NCBI GenBank assembly: GCA_040878115.1
Contig: JBBDMV010000108.1
Span: 3,118 to 67,117 of the forward strand
Direction of reading: 5' to 3'
Source of the DNA: Balneolales bacterium
GTDB lineage: Bacteria > Bacteroidota > Rhodothermia > Balneolales > Natronogracilivirgulaceae
Length of the DNA: 64,000 nucleotides
The stretch's first letter is position 1. The number at the start of each line of letters is the position of its first letter. The notes under the pieces are model-generated. The model was not told where the DNA came from, searched no databases, and saw only the letters and a program-made list of their open reading frames with translations. The translations under genes were made by a program, and so were the position numbers. Positions 18,642-28,761 of the stretch are shown piece after piece.

Positions 18642-19820
18642 TTATTTCTTAAGGCCCTTAATCCCTTTTACCGATTTCGTGCTGAGTAGATTGGTTTCAT
18701 AGCTCCTAACCCGGCTGTTTTTTAACTTGTTCTGTTTAACGGCAATAGCAAGGATTTCATTCAGAAGGTCAGGAAAGCTTACCCCGCTTTTATCCCACAG
18801 GTAAAATGAAAATGATCCGGGAATTGTGTTGATCTCGTTGAAAAATACTTTATGATTGTCTGTATTTACCAAAAAATCCAGCCTGACAACCCCCGACATC
18901 TTTAAAAGCTTAAATATTTTCACGGACAGCTCTTGTATATGCCGGGCCAGCTCGTCAGTGATAGGAGCCGGTATTCTGCGCTCCGCGGAAGCCATACCTT
19001 TACCGCCATCATCACCGCTCATATATTTATCTTCAAACGATAGTATTTCTTCTTTCCCGAGGGGCTGTTCACAGACGCTGGCCCTGGCACGGGTCTCGTC
19101 ACCCAATACCGAGCAGTTTACTTCCATCAATGGGTGAACAGCTTCTTCAATGATCAGTTCCTGATCGTAACGAAATGCCGTCTCAATAGCATCTTCAGCA
19201 ATTTCTATATTATCCGCCCGTGCTACGCCAATGCTGCTGCCAAGATGCACGGGTTTTACAAAAACCGGGAAATCAAGCTTTTTGATATTACCTTTTATGA
19301 ATTCAGTAGTTTCTATCCATTCCTGTTCATTGAACCAAACCTGGTTGGTTACCTTAATATCGCGGGCTGAACAAAGGTCTTTTGCTATGCGTTTATCCAT
19401 GCCAACAGCCGAACCGGCTACTCCCGGCCCCGTCGATGGCAGATTGAACATTTCACAAGCGCCCTGAAAAGAACCGTTCTCTCCATCAGCTCCATGAAAA
19501 GCGTTCAGAACGGCATAAATTGGTGTTGTACGGGGCCTGGAAAAGAAACCAGTATTGGTTTCCAACAGCACAGCCCTGCCATTTTCAGCAAAAGCCAGTG
19601 TGCAAGGCACGGCTTGTTCTTCTAGTTTTTTTATATCCTGAAAGTTCTCAAGCTTTAGCAAAGGTTCACCGGTGAGCCACTGGCCATTTTTTGTGATGTA
19701 AAGGGGAATGGGCCTGTAGGTATTATCCAGAGCGGCGATAGCCTGCAGGGCCGTAAGTACGGAAACCTCATGCTCCGGAGACGCTCCGCCAAAAGCCACC
19801 AGTATATTTTTTTGACTCAT
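18642..19820 (-). CDS. ddl: D-alanine--D-alanine ligase (long form)
   Basis: ILVAFGGASPEHEVSVLTA N-terminus. ATP-grasp blocks FVKPVHLGSSIGV and FNEINTIPG. Confidence 0.9.
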   Translation of the reverse strand: MSQKNILVAFGGASPEHEVSVLTALQAIAALDNTYRPIPLYITKNGQWLTGEPLLKLENFQDIKKLEEQAVPCTLAFAENGRAVLLETNTGFFSRPRTTPIYAVLNAFHGADGENGSFQGACEMFNLPSTGPGVAGSAVGMDKRIAKDLCSARDIKVTNQVWFNEQEWIETTEFIKGNIKKLDFPVFVKPVHLGSSIGVARADNIEIAEDAIETAFRYDQELIIEEAVHPLMEVNCSVLGDETRARASVCEQPLGKEEILSFEDKYMSGDDGGKGMASAERRIPAPITDELARHIQELSVKIFKLLKMSGVVRLDFLVNTDNHKVFFNEINTIPGSFSFYLWDKSGVSFPDLLNEILAIAVKQNKLKNSRVRSYETNLLSTKSVKGIKGLKK

Positions 19821-19913
19821 AAAGTGTTGTTTAAATGAAAAATTAAAATTAGGTAAACGGACAGTGAACTGCAGTTCTTTTTACTTGAAATTTTATAATG
19901 CATTTTTGCCTTG

Positions 19914-21038
19914 TCAGGCCTCATGTTCCAGACGGTCTTTAATTTTATCAAATTGCTCATTAATGAATTTCGCCTGGCGAGTTTTCTTCCTGGTCTGAAC
20001 ATCGCCAAGCAAATACCCGTAAGGCTCAAGCCCTTCTATTTCATCACAGATGCGCTTTAGAATGGCCATGCCGGGAATAAATAAGATCATGCCTGCTACG
20101 CCCCAGACCATCCCGCCAATAAACAACGCGAGGAGGGTAACCAATGGGTTGATGCTGACTTGCCCACCCACGATGTTAGGGGTCAGAACATTGCTTTCTA
20201 TTAACTGGATCACGTAAAAACTGAGCAGGATCCCAGCGGGTATCCATAAAGAATCTGCCATAAGCAGGGCGTACAAGATCGGCAAAATAGAGCCAACCAA
20301 CGGGCCAATAAACGGAATGATATTTAAAGCAGCGGCAAAAACACCGAAGAAAATGGCATGGTTAATACCAAAAGCCATGAGTGTAAGGGTATTCATCACC
20401 GCTAAAATGCAAATCACAATGGACATGCCGGTCAGATACTGCTGGGCAATTTTCTGTAGGTTCTCGATGATCGTCTTCATTTTCCCGTCATCGTCCGTTC
20501 CAAAAGCGCGGAAGAAGAACTCCCTGAGAAAACTTCTGTAAATCAAAAGAAAAAAAGTAAACACCGGTATCATGAACAGAAGTGTTACGTTGCTTGCCGC
20601 ACTGATCAGACCTGAAGTTAATGACGGTGTGCTTTCTTCGATATAGTTAACAAAAGTGTCAAAGGATGAGTCTATACCGAAATTGGGTTGTTCACCAAAG
20701 TAGCTTTCGAATGTTAAACCTACCCGGTTGATGAATTCGGTAATTTGTGCTTCAATGGATGGCAGGTCTTGAGCAAATCCTGTGAGTTGAGAGAAGAAGA
20801 AGAACATGATGCCTGCTAAAACAACGATGGCTGAGAACACAGCAACCACAGCCGCGATAATATCATTGATCTTCCTGGATTCGAGCCAGTCACAGTATGG
20901 CGTGAGCAAACTTGCCATAAATGCGGCAAACGTAAGAGGTATAAGAATGAGCTTGGCAACGACCAAACCATAGACAAATAAGGTAATTCCAAGTAGTATT
21001 GCCGTAATCTTAATGTAAACCGGATACGTTGTTTCCAC
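19914..21038 (-). CDS. AI-2E family (PerM/YhhT) transporter
   Basis: 374 aa, 7-8 TM segments, with the conserved block NIIPFIGPLVGSILP ... LIESNVLTPNIVGGQVSINPL. Confidence 0.88.
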   Translation of the reverse strand: METTYPVYIKITAILLGITLFVYGLVVAKLILIPLTFAAFMASLLTPYCDWLESRKINDIIAAVVAVFSAIVVLAGIMFFFFSQLTGFAQDLPSIEAQITEFINRVGLTFESYFGEQPNFGIDSSFDTFVNYIEESTPSLTSGLISAASNVTLLFMIPVFTFFLLIYRSFLREFFFRAFGTDDDGKMKTIIENLQKIAQQYLTGMSIVICILAVMNTLTLMAFGINHAIFFGVFAAALNIIPFIGPLVGSILPILYALLMADSLWIPAGILLSFYVIQLIESNVLTPNIVGGQVSINPLVTLLALFIGGMVWGVAGMILFIPGMAILKRICDEIEGLEPYGYLLGDVQTRKKTRQAKFINEQFDKIKDRLEHEA

Positions 21039-21362
21039 AAATTATATCTTTAAACAGTTTTGAATTTGGAGCTATTAATGTAATGGGTACGCTAATAGCT
21101 CTCACTCTATTGCTTTGATGTTTTATCCAAAGGGAATAGTTTCTCCTTTTATAGCAGGCAATCATGCATACTTTCTTTAATATATGAAAATTAAGCCGAA
21201 ATGGCAGAAACAGGACCTTTAAAGAAGCTTATTTTTGAGTTCAATGGCTTGTAGCATTTCAAGCAAAGGTTGCGTTTCATGCTTGGGGTGAGGTGAAAGG
21301 CCTGAGGTGAGAAAGTCAGAGCGCAGGTTGGGGCCTCCAATGCCCCTTATTGTTCCAGATGC

Positions 21363-21941
21363 TTATTTCCCAACCGGAGTCGAAGACTTGTTTGATGTAA
21401 GAAGGATGTGATTCATCCACTTGGGTTTGCGCCTTGCAATTTCAGTATAAACCGGACAATCTTCTGAATGTGCTCCTTGCAGGTATCCCGTGCTCATTAG
21501 AAATTCGCCTGTTATTTCGCCTCCTGTAAATTTGAATGTCTTTTTGAACAGTTTGACCCATTCGGGTTTCGTCAAGGGATGATGGTGGTCCAGCCAGGTT
21601 TTGAAAGAGCCAAATTCTTCCTGGATACTGGTTATACGGCGTGCATTCTCAATGGCGGCATCAATTTTGAGTCGGTTTCTGATAATCCCGGAATCACTAA
21701 GCAAGCGTTCCCGGTCGTCACGGCCAAAAGCGGCCACAACACCTATTTCGAAATTGCTGTAAGCCCGCCGAAACCCGTCACGCTTTTTCAGGATGGTGAG
21801 CCACGATAAACCGGCCTGATTGATTTCAAGTATAAGCCGTTCGAAGAGGAGGTCATCGTCCGTGACAGGGAAACCGTATTCTCCCTCGTGATACGGACCA
21901 TGATGCTGATGTCCCGGCGCAGTGTGGCAGTAGCTGTTCAT
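21363..21941 (-). CDS. tag: DNA-3-methyladenine glycosylase I
   Basis: YHEGEYGFPV, LILEINQAGLSWLTILKKR, CPVY zinc-snap region. Confidence 0.9.
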   Translation of the reverse strand: MNSYCHTAPGHQHHGPYHEGEYGFPVTDDDLLFERLILEINQAGLSWLTILKKRDGFRRAYSNFEIGVVAAFGRDDRERLLSDSGIIRNRLKIDAAIENARRITSIQEEFGSFKTWLDHHHPLTKPEWVKLFKKTFKFTGGEITGEFLMSTGYLQGAHSEDCPVYTEIARRKPKWMNHILLTSNKSSTPVGK

Positions 21942-22996
21942 TATTTGGTTCCATTGTATTTGACTGTACGTTTTTCCTCGTTACTCAATAGCGCATGTTC
22001 AATGATTCGTATCGTGTTTAAGGCTTGCAGGGGTTTGACAATGAGTTCTTCACGGCCGCGAATAACGTCAGCGATATTCCGGTAATAATCCTGGTAAGAG
22101 CCCGGAAGAGTCTCCAGGGGGCCATCGAAATGCAGTCCGTTCAGATTGGTATTTAGCTTACCCCAATTCTCCCGGCGTTCCATTCCCCAGTTGGGGCTGG
22201 AAGGCAGCAGCCCTTGCTTCAATGCATTTTCCTGCGGGTCCAGTCCGTATTTGACATAGGAACCTTCCGTACCGTGCAAAGTAAACCGTTTATTCGGTTC
22301 CCGTACCAGCATTCCGGCCTTCAAAGTAGCTTTCAAATTATTGTAGTGTAAGATTAACTCAAAATAGTCAGCTACTTTTGCTGAATCTCTCTGAATTCTA
22401 ATATCCGCGGTAACCATTTCCGGAAGGCCGAATAATGTTTGGGCCTGATCAATAAGGTGAGGACCAAGATCATAAAGAATACCCGTGCCTTCGCCTTCAT
22501 CCTCCCGCCAGCCGGGTTTCCGATAATTGCGGAAACGGTCGAAGTGGGATTCAAATTCAACCAGGCGGCCCAATAAATTACCTTTTATCAATTTATTTAC
22601 CGTCTTGAAATCACCGTCCCATCTGCGATTCTGGAAAGCACTTAGTACTCTTTTCTGTTGCCTGGCAAGACCGATAAGCTGGTGTGCCTGCTCTGAAGTT
22701 ATTGTTAAAGGTTTATCAACGACAACGTGTTTATTGGATAGTAACGCCTGTCTGGCCAGTTCGAAATGGGTGTTATTCGGAGTCGCTATTACGACTAATT
22801 CAATGCTCTCGTCCAGAAGCAGGGTGGTTACATCACCTACTACATCAACCCAGGGGTAGCGCTCAGAAGATTCTTTCTTGCGACGCTCAACTACCTTCTT
22901 CAGGCTCAGGCCCTGAACAGCCTGAATGACCGGTGCATGAAAAACTTTAGCTGCATTGCCGTATCCAATCAACCCCGTGTTAATTACATCTTGCAA
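21941..22996 (-). CDS. Gfo/Idh/MocA-family oxidoreductase
   Basis: TTG start. INTGLIGYGNAAKVFHAP Rossmann N-terminus and EKPL-type VVDKPL motif. Overlaps tag by 1 nt. Confidence 0.88.
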   Translation of the reverse strand: MQDVINTGLIGYGNAAKVFHAPVIQAVQGLSLKKVVERRKKESSERYPWVDVVGDVTTLLLDESIELVVIATPNNTHFELARQALLSNKHVVVDKPLTITSEQAHQLIGLARQQKRVLSAFQNRRWDGDFKTVNKLIKGNLLGRLVEFESHFDRFRNYRKPGWREDEGEGTGILYDLGPHLIDQAQTLFGLPEMVTADIRIQRDSAKVADYFELILHYNNLKATLKAGMLVREPNKRFTLHGTEGSYVKYGLDPQENALKQGLLPSSPNWGMERRENWGKLNTNLNGLHFDGPLETLPGSYQDYYRNIADVIRGREELIVKPLQALNTIRIIEHALLSNEEKRTVKYNGTK

Positions 22997-23282
22997 ATGG
23001 CCTCCTGTATAATCCCTTTAGTTAGTATAAATGTAATCGTCACGTTTGAGCCTGAAACGAATAGAAGTTATATCAGAAATATACTAATTAACTACAGAAT
23101 TTCAACTTATGCTATCGGGTTCCAAAATTGTACAGAGTGTTCTTTGTTTTCCCTATCATAAAATTGTATATCGGATCGGTTAATGGCCCTGACGGGTTTG
23201 AAACGTATGACTATAGAATTGGGCCGGCAGAAAAGCAAAAAAATAGCAAGCCATTATTGCATATCATAGATAAAAGTTTGCT

Positions 23283-23732
23283 TCACCTGGCTTTCTGCAT
23301 AAATGACTCAATACTGATTTCGCTCAGTAAAGTTCGATGAACCGGACACTTTTTTGATATTTCCAATAGTTTATTGACCTGATCTTCATCCAGGTCCCCT
23401 TTCACGATGATTTCCTTTTCTATGTAATCAAGTCGGGCATTTTTAGTTTCGCAATCTTCACAGTCTTTCGCGTGAGCTTTATAATGGCGCAGTTCGACAT
23501 ATATATCTTCTAAGGCCCATTCCTTGCGATTGGCATACATTCTCATGGTAATGACGCTGCACGATCCCAATGACATCAACAGTAAGTCATAAGGGTCGGG
23601 TCCGGCGTCCTGACCTCCTGGTCCCTCCGGTTCGTCCGCGATGATCTCGTGCCGTCCTACCGTCATGACGGTTTTGAAGTTCTGCTCGCCCTGGTGAATA
23701 TGGACGATTTTTTGAGGAGTATGTTCAGACAT
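23283..23732 (-). CDS. OsmC-family peroxiredoxin-like protein
   Basis: GPDPYDLLLMSLGSCSVITMRMYA and CPVHRTL motifs. I prefer the ATG at 23732 (MSEHTPQ) over the track start at 23798. Confidence 0.85.
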   Translation of the reverse strand: MSEHTPQKIVHIHQGEQNFKTVMTVGRHEIIADEPEGPGGQDAGPDPYDLLLMSLGSCSVITMRMYANRKEWALEDIYVELRHYKAHAKDCEDCETKNARLDYIEKEIIVKGDLDEDQVNKLLEISKKCPVHRTLLSEISIESFMQKAR

Positions 23733-23932
23733 AGGTTTTGAACTGGAATGTTTATTATTGAAGAGTAAATAAAAAGGGTCTTGTATTAATAATCTCACTT
23801 ATCATATGAAAATATTTTTACCAGATCCCTTTTTCCCCCTTAGCGGCTATATTGTAGGAACTTAAAGGTATTGCTACCATTATTACATCCCCCTATTGAT
23901 CAGTAACATACCGCCGCACTGTCCACAGAATA

Positions 23933-24373
23933 TCACCCGGGATAACTTCCCGCGATATAGTTCTTCATATCGTTGAGCTCAATTTCTTGCTGGTCAATAA
24001 TAGCTTTGACCAGATCTCCAATTGAAATTATCCCTATTACGTTTTCGCTGCTGTCGAGAACAGGTAAGTGCCGGATTTTTTTTTGGGTCATAATGGCCAT
24101 GCAGTTTTCGATAGTCTCCTCCGGTATCACCCATAATAAATTGGAGGTCATAATCTCTTTTACCTGGGTTTGCCTGGACGTTCGTCCTTTCAGAATTACT
24201 TTATTACGATAATCGCGTTCTGAGATTATTCCTTCTAATCTGCCTTGGTCCATAACAAGCAATGCTCCCACATTGTGATCGGCCATTCCGCTTATAGCAT
24301 CAAAAACCGATGCATCGGGACTAATTTTATAAATATCAGGTCCTTTTTTGGATAATACCTCTTGAACATGCAT
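23933..24373 (-). CDS. CBS-domain pair protein
   Basis: 146 aa, two CBS repeats (ALLVMDQGRLEGIISERD, HLPVLDSSENVIGIISIGDL). Confidence 0.88.
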   Translation of the reverse strand: MHVQEVLSKKGPDIYKISPDASVFDAISGMADHNVGALLVMDQGRLEGIISERDYRNKVILKGRTSRQTQVKEIMTSNLLWVIPEETIENCMAIMTQKKIRHLPVLDSSENVIGIISIGDLVKAIIDQQEIELNDMKNYIAGSYPG

Positions 24374-24489
24374 AATGGCTCTCCTACAAGTTAAATTTAA
24401 ACTGATGAAAGGTTAATTACATTAAAGCCTCAACATAAATAAATGAAAATTTAATCATTTGCAAGAATCTCATATATCCTTTTGTTAAC

Positions 24490-24612
24490 GATGACAATGC
24501 CCAGGATGAGGTGTATTTATACGGCCATAAAAATATTCAGGGTTTAGTGGTAGATCCTTCAAACGGAAAAATATGGGTAAGTGAACACGGTCCCAGAGGT
24601 GGTGTTGAACTT
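24490..24612 (+). pseudogene. relic of a PQQ-dependent sugar (sorbosone/glucose) dehydrogenase gene, fragment 1
   Basis: Hand translation gives DDNAQDEVYLYGHKNIQGLVVDPSNGKIWVSEHGPRGGVEL. This matches the family block AQD...YGHRNPQGLxxDPxxGxLWxxEHGPxGGDELN. There is no N-terminal part, an internal gap, and similarity ends exactly at the stop codon of the opposite-strand gene (24611). Confidence 0.55.
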
Positions 24613-25288
24613 ACAAGTCCATGTGCCAGGTATATTCGGCCACCGCCATATCTATGATGATATCTGCAGCATTGCCTTTGCCGACCCCAACGATAGTCCA
24701 GTTGGATTCGTTATCGTTTGAATATAGAACACGGTCGGATGTTCCGGAGCGCGTTAGGGTGATTGCCAATTCGGAGCCGGGAATATATTGTTCACCCCAT
24801 TCATTAAGATTGGTTGGCTTGTAATAAATTTCAAAATTGAGCTGGCCTTCACGCACTGTACGAGTGTAGTCATCCATGTAGTCAACATCCCTTTTTGAAT
24901 TATCTCCTTCAATACCTTTTGGATCGGCAAAATGATACCCGATTCCCTCAAAACCAGTAGAATTGGGACCGTGTAGCCCGGTTTTATTCAGTCCACCACC
25001 GATTAATGTGTAACTATTGCCTTCTTCACTTGGAGGAAGATTTGTAAAATATAATCGGATCAATGCAAGGTCTGCCACATCGGATTCGCCGGGATGATGG
25101 GATTTATTAATATGCTTATCCTGTATCTCAATATCCCAGGCTACCGGAACGGTGGTAGACAGAGGGACATTCACCATTTCACTACCGCTTCCGGTTTTAT
25201 TGCAACCGGTCAGGTTTGCTGATAGGGTCAAAAGAATTATAATATATGAGAAGGGACCTTTTCGGTTTGTAGATTTCTTTAAATTCAT
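24611..25288 (-). CDS. hypothetical lipoprotein
   Basis: 225 aa with signal peptide and lipobox LSANLTGC. No family recognised. Flanked by the two dehydrogenase relics. Confidence 0.6.
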   Translation of the reverse strand: MNLKKSTNRKGPFSYIIILLTLSANLTGCNKTGSGSEMVNVPLSTTVPVAWDIEIQDKHINKSHHPGESDVADLALIRLYFTNLPPSEEGNSYTLIGGGLNKTGLHGPNSTGFEGIGYHFADPKGIEGDNSKRDVDYMDDYTRTVREGQLNFEIYYKPTNLNEWGEQYIPGSELAITLTRSGTSDRVLYSNDNESNWTIVGVGKGNAADIIIDMAVAEYTWHMDL

Positions 25289-25439
25289 ACCTGAAAATAA
25301 CAGGAAGGACTCTAGCTAAACAATGAGAATGTTATAATTATTGTAAAATCATAGAACAGAACGCTTATCTGGATGAGTATGGACAAGGATTGTTCTTTAA
25401 AAATCTGTCAAAAGCCTTTACCCCCCTGCAGAAGCCCCA

Positions 25440-25555
25440 ATTACCACGATATCGCGCTTACCCATGGATGCTCCTTTACTATACAGGACATTATTTTTTA
25501 GAAATCCCTCTTTAGTGAGAACATGTTTGCAGGTATCACAGTTCGGAGGTTTTTA
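25440..25555 (+). pseudogene. possible relic of the same PQQ sugar dehydrogenase gene, fragment 2 (frameshifted)
   Basis: Across two frames: PMDAP / LLYYTGHYFLEIP / SLVRTCLQ. This resembles the family C-terminal block PSIAPSGMxFYxGxxFPxWxGSLFVGxL. The match is weak and needs frameshifts. Confidence 0.3.
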
Positions 25556-25871
25556 AAGCAATATAAGTGAAGAAAACGGATATGGTAATTATTATGAGGA
25601 GACTTTTAATATGGGTGCGACTAAAAGCTGGTTTGCCTGCAGGGGATTATGATGATGAAATAGTTACACTCTCGGGCGGCGCGGCAGATAATGTAAACAT
25701 AACCATTATCGGTTCGGTTAATAAAATTGAGATTCCTCGAGACCGCAATAAAAAAATCTCACTTCTCTACTAGATGCACTATATTTAGTAATAAATTTCA
25801 GAGACGGTTCTGTTTAAAATAATATTCCATAAATTCCGTATTAACTTAATAACTATAAAAAACATCAAACA

Positions 25872-26099
25872 ATGCGCGTAATATTATTTCTTTTATTTAT
25901 TTATATGGTCGTCAGGATCGTGCGATTGATGCTTGTTCAGAATCGTGGAGGACGATCTATATTTAATCGTACCTACACGTTTCGGGGGTCTTCCAATCCT
26001 TTTGGCAATGTTCGCCAGCCGAACGGTAACGCCAGTAAAAAACAAAATATTGATAATTTGGAAGATGCCGAATTCGAAGAGATTGACGACGATAAATAA
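25872..26099 (+). CDS. DUF4834-like small membrane protein
   Basis: 75 aa with an N-terminal TM helix (ILFLLFIYMVVRIV), a basic G/N-rich middle and an acidic tail EDAEFEEIDDDK, as in Bacteroidota DUF4834 proteins. Confidence 0.6.
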   Translation: MRVILFLLFIYMVVRIVRLMLVQNRGGRSIFNRTYTFRGSSNPFGNVRQPNGNASKKQNIDNLEDAEFEEIDDDK

Positions 26100-26216
26100 T
26101 TGAGCAATACGTTGTGATCTAAAATAGCTATTCACAAAAAATTCCTACTTATATTATAAACGGGCTGAAATTTTTTGCTTAATTGGCTGAACAAGCATTA
26201 TCTTTAGCATCTTCCT

Positions 26217-26300
26217 GCCCTGGTGGTGAAATTGGTAGACACGCCATCTTGAGGGGGTGGTGCTGGCAACGGCGTGCTGGTTCAAATCCAGTCCAGGGCA
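26217..26300 (+). tRNA. tRNA-Leu (anticodon GAG), type II with long variable arm; CCA not encoded
   Basis: Hand-folded cloverleaf. Acceptor GCCCTGG/CCAGGGC, D arm GTG-aaattggtaga-CAC, anticodon stem CCATC/GGTGG with loop TT-GAG-GG. The variable arm is 15 nt, the T arm is GCTGG-TTCAAAT-CCAGT, and the discriminator is A. Confidence 0.93.
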
Positions 26301-26305
26301 CTTAA

Positions 26306-26348
26306 GGGCTCTGTAACCTATTTATTAAAATCGTTACAGAGCCTTTTT
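26306..26348 (+). terminator. rho-independent terminator after tRNA-Leu
   Basis: ggctctgtaac (26307-26317) pairs with gttacagagcc (26333-26343), followed by ttttt (26344-26348). Confidence 0.8.
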
Positions 26349-26509
26349 ATATGGAAACCCATTGTCGAATTCAATGGCCCCTAATCATTGCTCATTGCGG
26401 CCTGCTTATGCAAACCTGTTGTGCAAATAAACTAAGCCTCAACAAATATTCATCCATGTTTTTCGTAAATTATATGTTAGTGCACCATAATATAATTTGA
26501 AAATACAGA

Positions 26510-28117
26510 ATGTCCGATACACAAACGGCAGAATCGCTTGATATCCTCAAAGAGAGCCAAAAGCGAAGAACTTTTGCCATCATTTCACACCCCGATGCGG
26601 GGAAAACAACCCTCACGGAAAAACTTCTTCTTTATGGTGGAGCCCTTCATGAGGCAGGATCCATTAAACAGCGTAAAGCTGCAAGGCATGCTGCCTCCGA
26701 TTGGATGGCTATAGAACAGGAACGGGGTATTTCAGTGACTTCTTCAGTTCTTCGTTTTGAACAGGATGGTATAAAATATAATCTTCTGGATACTCCTGGA
26801 CACAAAGATTTCTCTGAAGATACTTTCCGTACGCTTATTGCCGCCGATTGCGCTCTTATGGTTATTGATTCGGCTAAAGGGGTTGAGGAGCAAACCGAAA
26901 AGTTGTTTGAAGTTTGCCGGCTCAGGAAGATCCCCGTCATTACCTTTGTGAACAAATGGGATCGCCCTGGTATGGATCCGCTGGAAGTGCTTAGCAATAT
27001 CGAAGAAAAATTCAATATTGACGCCGTGCCTGCCACCTGGCCTCTGGGTTACGCTTCCGATTTTCAGGGAGTATATGACCTTATCGGCAAAGAACTTCAT
27101 TTGTACACAAAATTCAAGCACGGTGCCCAGAAAGCCGAGGCTGATATCTTCAATTTGAAGGAAGGTTTAGCAGAGAGTACTTTAGCGGATAATTATAAAG
27201 AGGAATATGAAGAAGAAATTGAGTTGATCTCTGATGAGTTTGAAAATATGGATGCTGAAAAGTTTAAACGTGGTGAAGCCACTCCCGTATTTTTTGGCTC
27301 GGCATTAAGCAATTTTGGACTCGATGTATTTTTAAAATATTTCTCCGGACTCGCTCCAAGCCCGCAACCATATAGTGCAAAAAAAGGTAGAAATATTTCT
27401 CTAGAGGAAGATTTTACCGGATTCATTTTTAAGATGCAGGCCAATATGAACCCTGAACACCGGGACTGTACCGCTTTTGTGCGTGTGGCATCTGGAATTT
27501 TCAAGCGAAGCATGGAAGTGACTATCTCCGGTAGCAATAAAAAAATAAGGATGACCACACCTCATAGCCTGATGGGCGACGAACGTAATTTACTGGAAAC
27601 CGCATATCCCGGTGATATCGTAGCCTTATTCAACCCGGGTAACTTCAGGATAGGCAGTACATTATCTCAACAAAGTAACGTTGATTACGACGTAATCCCG
27701 TTGTTTTCACCTGAGCATTTCCGCAAGGCAAACTCTAATGATCCATTTAAGCGCAAACAGCTGCGCCAGGGACTTCAGCAATTATCTGAAGAGGGTGTAG
27801 TAAACGTTTTCGAAGTTCCGGGCGGAGTAGGCAATGAACTGCTGCTTGGCACAGTAGGTGTGCTTCAGTTCGAAGTTGTACAACACAGGATGAAGACAGA
27901 ATACAAAGTTGATATCTCTCTGTCTTCGACATCATATATAGCAGCACGATGGCTACCCGATAAACCTGAGGTCATTAGAAAGCTCGAAGAAAGCTATTCA
28001 ACCCACGTCACATATGATATAGAAGGAAATCCTATTGTTCTTTTCGATAGTAATTATGCCTTAGATCAGGCTGTTGAAGCTGTTGGGGATGAGAATTTGC
28101 TTAAGTTTAAAATATAG
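26510..28117 (+). CDS. prfC: peptide chain release factor 3
   Basis: RRTFAIISHPDAGKTTLTEKLLLYGGA G1 motif, DTPGHKDF, NKWD. 535 aa. Confidence 0.95.
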   Translation: MSDTQTAESLDILKESQKRRTFAIISHPDAGKTTLTEKLLLYGGALHEAGSIKQRKAARHAASDWMAIEQERGISVTSSVLRFEQDGIKYNLLDTPGHKDFSEDTFRTLIAADCALMVIDSAKGVEEQTEKLFEVCRLRKIPVITFVNKWDRPGMDPLEVLSNIEEKFNIDAVPATWPLGYASDFQGVYDLIGKELHLYTKFKHGAQKAEADIFNLKEGLAESTLADNYKEEYEEEIELISDEFENMDAEKFKRGEATPVFFGSALSNFGLDVFLKYFSGLAPSPQPYSAKKGRNISLEEDFTGFIFKMQANMNPEHRDCTAFVRVASGIFKRSMEVTISGSNKKIRMTTPHSLMGDERNLLETAYPGDIVALFNPGNFRIGSTLSQQSNVDYDVIPLFSPEHFRKANSNDPFKRKQLRQGLQQLSEEGVVNVFEVPGGVGNELLLGTVGVLQFEVVQHRMKTEYKVDISLSSTSYIAARWLPDKPEVIRKLEESYSTHVTYDIEGNPIVLFDSNYALDQAVEAVGDENLLKFKI

Positions 28118-28145
28118 GCTTTGAAGCCTCTCCTTATTTTTTTTA

Positions 28146-28685
28146 TTGACCGAAATAATGAAAAGTAGCCTCCTTTTAGATTTACCCGCTAAAATAGAAA
28201 AACCTAAAGTATTCCATGAAGTCCAGACTTATCTTGAAGGTGAGGGGTTCGTTTTAACAAATCGTGATGATACACGTCCATGGGGAGGTTTTTTCTACGT
28301 AGACGAAAAACAGGCTGAAACATTCATATCGACTTTCTTCCCTCATTTCAGCGTTGATGATTTTAAGGGTTTTGACAAACTAAGTCCCAAAATACTTCTG
28401 GTTGCTCCACAAAAGCGCCTCTCGTGGCAATACCACCATCGTCGCTCTGAAATTTGGAAAGTAATCGGCGGTAAGGTTGGCGTCGTTGTCAGCGAAACTG
28501 AGGAGGAAACCCCATTGCGTCACCTTGATGTTGGAACAGTGATCAGCTTAAACCAGGGCCAGTGCCATCGCCTTGTTGGTCTTGATGAATGGGGTATAAT
28601 TGCAGAGATCTGGCAACATACTGACCCTGTCAATCCATCGGATGAAAACGATATCGTGCGTGTGCAGGATGATTTTGGACGTTAG
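28146..28685 (+). CDS. cupin-fold protein (phosphomannose-isomerase type II C-terminal cupin-like)
   Basis: RPWGGFFYV, LSWQYHHRRSEIWKVIGG and GQCHRL cupin motifs. TTG start in the track, with an ATG alternative at 28158. Confidence 0.65.
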   Translation: MTEIMKSSLLLDLPAKIEKPKVFHEVQTYLEGEGFVLTNRDDTRPWGGFFYVDEKQAETFISTFFPHFSVDDFKGFDKLSPKILLVAPQKRLSWQYHHRRSEIWKVIGGKVGVVVSETEEETPLRHLDVGTVISLNQGQCHRLVGLDEWGIIAEIWQHTDPVNPSDENDIVRVQDDFGR

Positions 28686-28761
28686 GATATAAGGAGTTAA
28701 AATCCTTTATTAGGGTAAAGGTCATTCAATAAATTATTTTGATAGTGGTTACGTCTGTCAA

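Noticed and set aside
25567-25773. 68-aa GTG ORF
   Set aside because: It may be a fragment of a larger beta-rich surface protein (GDYDDEIVTLSGGAADNVNITIIGSVN). It has no start context or family match, so I do not call it a gene.
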